Origin: Dudresnaya verticillata
Taxonomy: Eukaryota
Direction of reading: 5' to 3'
Length of the DNA stretch: 64,000 nucleotides
Assembly (NCBI GenBank): GCA_977862235.1
Contig: OZ374566.1
Location: 744,001 to 808,000 of the forward strand
Under the pieces are notes generated by a model. The model made no database searches. It saw only the letters and a list, made by a program, of their open reading frames with translations, and was not told the origin of the DNA. The position numbers were made by a program, and so were the translations under genes. How positions within the stretch are numbered: the first letter of the stretch is position 1; each line of letters opens with the position of its first letter. Of this stretch, positions 56,579 to 64,000 are shown one piece after another.

Positions 56579-59500
56579 CTACACTACCAGTACGTTATTT
56601 ATGAACCCGTGTTCGTCTTCCTTCTTCGGTAAACTGTCCGCAACTGTCCAAACCTGGTCAACCCTGAACTTATATGTGTACTCACCAGGACATAGTAGGA
56701 GTCGCAGGCCGAATGAACCATTTTCGCCCACATCCCTGCTAAGAGGCCACTCTGCAGTCCAGTCGTCAAAGGAGCCTTTAAGGACAACCGCATTACCTTC
56801 TCCATGCCACTGGATTAAGACCGGTTTTGCAGATGGATCGTACAAGTCGCTCTCTTCATCGACAGTGGTGGATATAAGATGTGCCACTATTTCTCCGCGT
56901 GTGTACATGGCATTGCGGATACGATGGAATTCGCTTGACCATGCCCAGGCCACTTGCGATACATCAATCGTCGTTTCGTAGGCTGAGGCTCGCAGTTCTT
57001 CGTATTCATCCGGTTGGGAGAATACTCTCAGCGCTCGCTTCACAGCCCACACGAAATCGCTGTGCGAGTATTCTTCGAAAGTAAACCCATTCCCTTCCCC
57101 TTGTTCACTCTTCCATTCATGCACCGTATCCTTGAGCCCTCCTGTTTTGTACGCAATCACTGGCGTCCCAGCGACGAAGAATTCTTGCTGTACAATACCC
57201 CCTGGTTCAAACTGGGACGGCATTAGCCCGAAATCCGCACCCAGGTTACACATCGGTCCATCCGTGAAGAAATCATCTGGACCAGCCCAGAAGCACCAAG
57301 GATGACGGCGCTTCAAATCAAACATGTGCCGAGCACACCCAGCGGAGTACTCGTCAGAATAGTTTGCCGGCCCACCAACAAGTATCTGAATCTTACCACC
57401 AGTATGCCCAATGAGCTCATCAACGGCATTCAGAATCAAGTGCACACCTTTTTGGGAAGTGATCCTACCCACGAAGGCAAATAGAGGAATCGATGCGTCG
57501 CCCTTCTCAAATCCAAAGTACCGCTTCTGCAAAATTTCTTTGGCGGCGGCATGGTTCTCTGCTCCCTTCACCCGGAGAGCTTCTTCTCTTTCCGCTTTCC
57601 GAATACCATTCGGATATGCAAAGGGAGACTTGGCTATCTGCAATAGATCTCCCAAAGGGTGTCCACCGCGCAACTCCTGCAAATAGCTAGGACTGACTGT
57701 GCCCCAACTGTCACTTCTTAGGAGAGCGCATCTTGACGGGTTGACTACCAGTTTGGCCCACCAAGGATCAACCATTATGTGGCGTGGAAGGCGATGCACG
57801 TGCTCCAGCGCACCCTCTTCGGGATTCGGATACACTCGACCTTCATATGCGCCTTCACCCAAGTTGTGGATTAGATGGAAGAAAGAGGTATTCTCAAAGT
57901 AATCTCCAAAGAAGTCACGATAGCCAGCAGCCATGCTGGGAAGCCAGTCATTTGTTACAATCACTGAGGGGTACAACTGCTTTTGACAGCAAACCTCCAG
58001 GGACCCAAGGGACATGAGGATGATCGTTTGCAGGTGCCTTACAGCACCACCAGGGTCTGCGTAAACCTTCGGGAAGTAGTCTCCGCGTTCCAAGAAGATT
58101 AGATTGACGCCGTTCTCAACACCCTCAAACACCCCAGCCTCTACAATATGTGTCCCAATATTCACGGAAACGTTTCTTGTCCATTTGATGTTCTCTCCAA
58201 CGTATCCCGTTTGGTTCTTGCGATTAACAGTGTAGTATGGAGAGATGACATAAACCTCCAAGCCAAGACCTGCAAGCCCCTTCGTCAGCTCGTCAACCAT
58301 GACACCAAGCCCTCCAGCAGTCGAAAACCTGCCGAGCTCAGCTGTCAGGAAGACTAGAGGGCCGAGCTTAGTGGTCTTTGCAACCACAGACTGAGCGAGC
58401 TTCATGAGCCCAACGTCGCGAGCACATGTGGACATGTGAGTAAGATATGCTACAATGGTCTCAGCCGCTGGGGGATCGAAGTCCTTTGGAGCTGGAACAC
58501 CTTCGTACGCAACCATGAATCGTAACTGACTGGCTCGTTGCATTGCCAGTTGCATGAGGCGTGCAATCTCAGCGTCATCGCAGCCCTCCCTCTGCAGTCC
58601 GCTTCGCAAAGAATGCACAGATGCCGCAAACTCACTCGCAGATGCTGCCGCACCACGAGCTATCCTAGCAATGACATCATTTTCTCGCGCGTCCTTGATA
58701 TCATTGGATTCATGAGCGCGAAGAAGTTTGAGGCAGGATGCAAAATGTGCGCTACGTCTTTCGGGTGTGTCTCCCAACGGCTTGAACGTGAGTAGACAAG
58801 CCCCCAAGGGGTCCAAATGGATCTTATATTTTCTGAATGCCAGCTCCTCTAGGGTGAAGACTTCACCAGAATGCTCCTTTCCAGTGAAAGTGTCCACAAC
58901 ACTGTAGAAGGCACCCGGGGCAGCCCCAGTTGTGAAACAATCGGGTAAGTATTCCCACAAGGGCTGAAAGTCGAGTTCAACATCACATCCTGTACTGTAC
59001 TGCTCGCCGTCCCGACTGTCTTTGAAGTTTAGCGAGGCGATGACAATTTGGTCCTCTGTGAATCGAGCAAATGAGAATACCTGCTCTTTTAGATGTGGCG
59101 CAGTCGCAAGGACACACATGTCGCCTCGATGCAAGGCATCTACTTCCTGCCTCAGCAGAATGCGGTGTGTGTAATGCCCCTTGATTTGAGCAATGTCATA
59201 GCCAGAGGCCGGACCAATCTCTTGTCGCGTTTGTTCCTCCATCACCGACATCCGTCGAAAGTCGGCAGCAGAAACGCTGCGGACAGACATGCCATTCATG
59301 TCGTCCCGGGATCTTGAGCGTACTAAGCTTGAATTGGAAGGAATGCGTCTCATGTCTGCGAGCGAACCCTTTCGTTTCAACTTCAGCTTCCGTTCAGATG
59401 GTTGCAAAGGTGGTGTTAACGGAGGAAGACCCATTGGCCTCAAACTTGTGCTTCCCGTGACGGGTGAAGGAGACTTTCCAGGTCCCCTCGCCGCCGAACC

Positions 59501-61453
59501 CCCGAGCGACAGGGCTGTCGGCATAACAGCTTCACCAGGACTAGTCTGTCCCGTGCGCATAGGAGGGGATTTCGGGAGCACTGCGTCGTAGTTGACATCG
59601 TATTCTGTCATTTCCTCCGCGTTTGAAACACCCTTTGCATTCATTCGATAGGCCCGACCCCGTTCTTCACCGAACATCAACATTGGTACTTCGGGAAGGA
59701 AGTGAAGCATGTCGACAGCAGCCCATGCACGACGCCCATACAGAACTCCAGGGTAGGGAGAGAGATGGGTACAAGTGCAATTGACCATAATAGAGTTCTT
59801 CGGTAAGAAGTCCCTGTCATTGCGGTACAGCCTAGAAAGCGTGCGAGCCGTCGAACGGTTCTTAGCGGGAAGGCGAGTGACTGTACCGTCTCTTCTCAGC
59901 GACTTGCCTGAGATAGAAGCCAGTATTTGAGGTATTCTCACAGTATGGGCGATTGCCCCTGAAGTGAGCAGCTGAGCCTCGCGGTGAAAATGAGACTCTG
60001 CCATTACGATGAAGTCCGGAAACGAGTTCCACATCTCCCGACAGAACTTGACCAAAAATGGATTCGGATAGCCCCGTTCCATGCCGGCTTCCGACGTCCA
60101 GTATCCGTACTCCTCATTCGCTTTGACGACAGCGCCATAAAACACTTCGCTCAGTGAGTAATGAGGATTTCCATCCGGATCGGCACGCAGCAGCTCATCC
60201 ATGTTCGGCGCCATAATCGGAGGGAGCGATTGCGCGTTATCCAACCTCACGCCGCGGACTCCATACTTCTCCGCGAGAGACTTGACCTCTGCAACCATGA
60301 GATTCCAAGCCTCAACGCGACGGTAGTTGAGCATTGCGGTGTCCTCCCACTGGTTCTCGCGGCCATCAGTTCCCGGATGCCGCAGTGGAATGCCCTTGTT
60401 ACTCAGAGTCTCAACAGTAAGATAACGATACTTCCTGTGCATTCGCGTACGCGAAACGCGGTCCAGACCATCGACGATAGGGGCAAGACCTAGACGGCGC
60501 ATCTCAGCAAGCAAACTGGAAAACGACGCCTTGCCGCCAAGAAGCCTCGAAGGAGTCTCCCTGTCCGCGACAGCGAACGGTGACGCGTCCGTCTCGTCAA
60601 TAGGTCGTTCCAGCGCACCCATGAGATACACGGCGGTGGCGCCGTGTACTTTGAGCTCTGGTAAAATGTTCAACACAGAGTCAAAAGAGCCACGCGAACT
60701 GAGCTGACCAGTGCGCTCATCCCACTTTGCACCAACCTCATCAACAGGGACTTCGACAATAGACGCTTGTCTCATCCCCGCCGGCTGGACGATGAAACGT
60801 CCACGCAGGCGGCGCATAACATCCGCAGGGTATCCATCGAGGACGACAGGGGAGGAATCACCGGGTTCCGTAATGACCCAGTCGTAGTAACCAGGGCGCG
60901 GGAAAGGAGCGAGCTTGCGATAGACCCTGCCCTTGTCGGTCGCGCGCAGTGGATAATCGGTCCAACAGGGTTCGGCCATGCGGTCCGGTTGTGGGCCGAA
61001 AAGGCGGAGCACGACTTGCTGCTCTCGGAATGGGGACGGATCAAATGTGCCATCAAAGGATCGGAGCTCAACCTGGACAAGGGGGGCGTCACCAGCCACG
61101 GTAATAGTGGCCGGCAATGCATCCACGGCCTGCATGTCATGAGCGTCATAGAGTACGTTGAGATCGACAACGGCGGCGTTGCGGACGCGGTCGCAGTGGT
61201 GGCCCATGAGAGCGACGTAGACAGCCTCTAGGGCGGCGACGGTTTGCGGACATTGCGTGTATCCCTTGCGCTGGCAGGCGCGCAGCTCGCGGCGCAGCTC
61301 ATCCAGGACGCGAAGCGACAGGGCGTCGTCATCGGTGGACAGGGTGCGAATCCATTTCTCGACGCGCTCGCGCAGCGGTTCGGGAAACGCGGCCAGCGAA
61401 CGCAGGCCTGAGTCGAGGACGGAGAGCTTTGCGACCAGGCGGTCGAGGACCAT
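56579..61453 (-). CDS. Multidomain GT5 starch/glycogen synthase (GH13-like domain + GT5 + C-terminal CBM48-like), 1624 aa, cytosolic floridean-starch type
   Basis: GH13-like WEDTAMLNY, GVRLDNAQS, MAE, PMLMFGEE; GT5 AELGRFSTAGGLG, NDW, IHNL, TVSPSY, NGI, FVGRITSQKG, MPSQFEPGGIVQ, TGGLKDTV; CBM VVLKGSFDDW..YKFRVD..W..NNVL. No transit peptide from ATG 61453. Confidence 0.9.
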   Translation of the reverse strand: MVLDRLVAKLSVLDSGLRSLAAFPEPLRERVEKWIRTLSTDDDALSLRVLDELRRELRACQRKGYTQCPQTVAALEAVYVALMGHHCDRVRNAAVVDLNVLYDAHDMQAVDALPATITVAGDAPLVQVELRSFDGTFDPSPFREQQVVLRLFGPQPDRMAEPCWTDYPLRATDKGRVYRKLAPFPRPGYYDWVITEPGDSSPVVLDGYPADVMRRLRGRFIVQPAGMRQASIVEVPVDEVGAKWDERTGQLSSRGSFDSVLNILPELKVHGATAVYLMGALERPIDETDASPFAVADRETPSRLLGGKASFSSLLAEMRRLGLAPIVDGLDRVSRTRMHRKYRYLTVETLSNKGIPLRHPGTDGRENQWEDTAMLNYRRVEAWNLMVAEVKSLAEKYGVRGVRLDNAQSLPPIMAPNMDELLRADPDGNPHYSLSEVFYGAVVKANEEYGYWTSEAGMERGYPNPFLVKFCREMWNSFPDFIVMAESHFHREAQLLTSGAIAHTVRIPQILASISGKSLRRDGTVTRLPAKNRSTARTLSRLYRNDRDFLPKNSIMVNCTCTHLSPYPGVLYGRRAWAAVDMLHFLPEVPMLMFGEERGRAYRMNAKGVSNAEEMTEYDVNYDAVLPKSPPMRTGQTSPGEAVMPTALSLGGSAARGPGKSPSPVTGSTSLRPMGLPPLTPPLQPSERKLKLKRKGSLADMRRIPSNSSLVRSRSRDDMNGMSVRSVSAADFRRMSVMEEQTRQEIGPASGYDIAQIKGHYTHRILLRQEVDALHRGDMCVLATAPHLKEQVFSFARFTEDQIVIASLNFKDSRDGEQYSTGCDVELDFQPLWEYLPDCFTTGAAPGAFYSVVDTFTGKEHSGEVFTLEELAFRKYKIHLDPLGACLLTFKPLGDTPERRSAHFASCLKLLRAHESNDIKDARENDVIARIARGAAASASEFAASVHSLRSGLQREGCDDAEIARLMQLAMQRASQLRFMVAYEGVPAPKDFDPPAAETIVAYLTHMSTCARDVGLMKLAQSVVAKTTKLGPLVFLTAELGRFSTAGGLGVMVDELTKGLAGLGLEVYVISPYYTVNRKNQTGYVGENIKWTRNVSVNIGTHIVEAGVFEGVENGVNLIFLERGDYFPKVYADPGGAVRHLQTIILMSLGSLEVCCQKQLYPSVIVTNDWLPSMAAGYRDFFGDYFENTSFFHLIHNLGEGAYEGRVYPNPEEGALEHVHRLPRHIMVDPWWAKLVVNPSRCALLRSDSWGTVSPSYLQELRGGHPLGDLLQIAKSPFAYPNGIRKAEREEALRVKGAENHAAAKEILQKRYFGFEKGDASIPLFAFVGRITSQKGVHLILNAVDELIGHTGGKIQILVGGPANYSDEYSAGCARHMFDLKRRHPWCFWAGPDDFFTDGPMCNLGADFGLMPSQFEPGGIVQQEFFVAGTPVIAYKTGGLKDTVHEWKSEQGEGNGFTFEEYSHSDFVWAVKRALRVFSQPDEYEELRASAYETTIDVSQVAWAWSSEFHRIRNAMYTRGEIVAHLISTTVDEESDLYDPSAKPVLIQWHGEGNAVVLKGSFDDWTAEWPLSRDVGENGSFGLRLLLCPGEYTYKFRVDQVWTVADSLPKKEDEHGFINNVLVV

Positions 61454-62529
61454 GGCACGGTTCACCAGGGCGTGTGCGGGTGGGGGGTTCGGGCGGGGCG
61501 GGAAAGCGGGGCGGGAAAGCGGGGCGGTAGACGGGGGAGGGGTGCGGGTGGGGTGAGGGCGCGGGCCTGTCGGGCGTGCTGCGAGCGCGCGGCACACGCG
61601 GCGAGGTCTAAAAAGTGGGGCGCGGGAGGGCAATAATGCAAGGCGGGCAGCGGGACGCGGGGCCAAGCGCAAAAGCGCAATGTCTGGCCGAGAAGGACGG
61701 GCGACGAGCGGCCGTGGGGGCACAACGGACGGCTGGTGCTCGCTGGCGCACGGCGCTTGGCCCGGCCGCTCGCACGGCCCCGCCGCGCGCCCCGATTCGG
61801 TAATATCTCACCAGATATTTCGAGGCGGTTTGAGGGCATCGCGCCTGCGCGTCCTTCGGCCGCCGTCCCGCCCCCGCGCCCCCGTCAGCCGCGCCCGCTT
61901 GATCTGTGGCTGTCCGACGCTCACTCCGTGTCCTCCACATCCTTGCACGGCACGGCTCACATGCCCCATCGCATCATAAACGTGCACCAAGCAGCAGCCT
62001 GCACTGTAACATGCACAACCGTGTTCTCACTCACGACCGTGAATCGTAATAAATCGCATGTAGATACTGTGCAACCGTAGAACAGCTTATCACTTTCTTC
62101 CACCTTAGGCCACGTGTGTCACAAATATCTTGCTACACCGAAAACCTCGTACCCACTGCAGCGATTGGTGATCTTCAACGCCACACCATGTCTATCGGCA
62201 GCGCTTCAAAGGCTAGTTGACAGTGAAACAACCTTGCCACAGCTGCAGTAAAACAGGGTGGCTTCGAGAGGGCAAACGGACGACGCAGAAGAAAGTTTGC
62301 AAATGTCTGTGTTGAATGTCAATTTGAGCTCTCCAATATGATCGCTGCATTGCAGGCACCCATCCGCTTGCTGATCCCATTCATTCCGAAACTTGTGAGC
62401 ATCATGCTGCCATGAATGATAGTAGACTTAATGTGCACCTTCCTGCTTAGAACGAACACGTGATGACTGCTTCAAGAGAGTGCGGACGGATACGAACCAC
62501 GGCTGGATAATGGGAAGTCTTAGTGCGCT

Positions 62530-62876
62530 ATCTCTTGATTCATCACTGTCAACAGAACTGAGTGAAGACTTCATGCAATCCCTACCGGCTGCAACAGGAT
62601 GTCTGTCTTTTCTTTTAGCACTGCTCCCCCTCAACCGCTAAATGTCGCAAGGGGCAGAGGCAGCCCCTCAATTTACTAGCTTGTCGGCTTGTGAAGGGGC
62701 TCCTCATGTAAGAGAACACGTTTTTCCGCAAGTGAGCATGGTCTCCTACAATTTCTGCCAGTTTCAGCGAATATTTAGCGAGCGAGGGGAGCAGTGCTAA
62801 GAAGGCGACGTCTACATTTGGTAGGGATTACATGAAGTCTTCACACGGCTGTGTTACCAGTGATGAATCAAGAGAT
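62530..62876. repeat. Long imperfect inverted repeat (foldback/MITE-like)
   Basis: Outer arms 62530-62586 and 62820-62876 match at 50/57 nt as reverse complements. Similarity continues inward (TTAGCACTGCTCCCC..CGCTAAAT..GGCAGA) to about 62660/62755. Confidence 0.85.
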
Positions 62877-64000
62877 GCCCCCCTGCTTTGCGTAAGGCGT
62901 TGTATAGGCCGTGAGTTCAACTTGAGTTACGGAGTTGCACACTTACTGTCACTGAAGGAATTTGTCTTTGGTGACATTCTTCCAGTCCCATTACGGACAG
63001 AAGTGATACCCATTTCTTAAGAGCATTCACAGCTTTGGTCAGCGTCGCGAGAACATAGGCTTCTAAAATCACCAAATCAGACATCAATATCTACGACACA
63101 GCGTCACGAGTTTTTTTTTCTGCTATGCACGTGACTTGACGTTCGACTTGTCATTCGCTCACTTCTGAGGCAATTCGGAGTATGGCAACTTTTAAATGCA
63201 TGAGCCATAAGATAAAACACTGCCACTGCGTCGGTAACGGCCAAGCTACGCTTGTGGATGCTACAGTTATCAGTATGTACCATTAGCAGCGTACTAGTCT
63301 GCAGCCGCGTTCTGCTTTAATTCCTCTGCGTTGAAACTGGAAAGAGTTCGTGGCCGAAGCTCGGTCTCCAGTGCTGCGTCGACACCCTCGACATCCTTCA
63401 ACTGCAACGAGGGCGATCAAGGTTCTATCCCTTGCTCGAAGGGCCACAGGACCAGTCAGTGTTGTTGAAAAGCACAAACTCTACATAGAAAAATCTTTTT
63501 CTGTCCCGAACGGGCCTCTTGGCTGTGATTCTTTCCCCGAGGGACAATGCCTCATACAATGCCTCATGAGGCTTCACAGACATACTTCCTGTGCACCGCT
63601 CACTTGAAAACTCCGAACCTCAAAAAAAAAGAAAGACGTCGAGGTCACTCTCGCTTGCGCCGAGCTGTGGACAAGAGCGCTCTCTACATCCTCATCCCGG
63701 CCGCGGGACCTTTTCTAACGGTAGTGGAAGCCTTCGCGCGCAAAGCAGAAGCTGCATCTCAATCAGTTCTACAATGCTGTCCTTCTCGAGCCCCGCAACC
63801 ATACTTCGGAGACGACAGCGCTTGCAGTCCGTAGACTGTAGCCCATCCAGTCGAAAAATCCACACAACGCAGCGAACAATCCAGCCAACACCTTGTGCAT
63901 CCATTCAACAAAACGAACCTATTCTAGAAGGAGATCTAATAGCCTATCGTGCAACCAGCTCTGCGGAATGGACCGCTGCAGCTGTTGTTGAGCCCCCAGA

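Noticed and set aside
62460..62561. Box C (GTGATGA) ... box D (CTGA) snoRNA-like pair
   Set aside because: No terminal stem or identifiable rRNA guide; motifs this short occur by chance and overlap the inverted repeat.

Overview
Gene-dense eukaryotic nuclear DNA, most likely from a red alga (florideophyte-like; inference). The evidence is mostly intronless genes, a few short (~100-170 nt) GT-AG introns with GTAYGT/GTAAG donors, plastid transit peptides with an early Phe, and a cytosolic multidomain GT5 starch synthase of the floridean-starch type. About 27 protein genes are supported. They include AP-1 mu, DRE2, an HDHD5-like HAD hydrolase, ACT-domain SerB, UMP1, BAR-SH3, plastid Cpn60, an acidic DUF493 protein, RsmE, eIF4G, a BAR-like protein, V-ATPase d, PP1 inhibitor-2, two GH31 glucosidase-II-alpha paralogues, a UBZ-AlkB protein, HMA1, LysRS, UVR-SnoaL, PUX1, a TPM lumen protein, SCS-beta, a bZIP and starch synthase. 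Four spliced genes missed or fragmented by the ORF track were reconstructed by hand. The most striking signal is a local inverted duplication of ER glucosidase II alpha. One copy has swapped its signal peptide for a transit-peptide-like leader and lost the N-terminal Cys pair, most beta-subunit-binding Arg residues and the specificity-loop Phe, suggesting a neofunctionalised organellar or cytosolic alpha-glucosidase. Gene-poor stretches (18.7-21.5, 54.6-56.5 and 62-64 kb) hold degenerate repeats, including a ~350-bp foldback element. No rRNA, tRNA or CRISPR array was seen. All family assignments come from motif recognition, not database searches.
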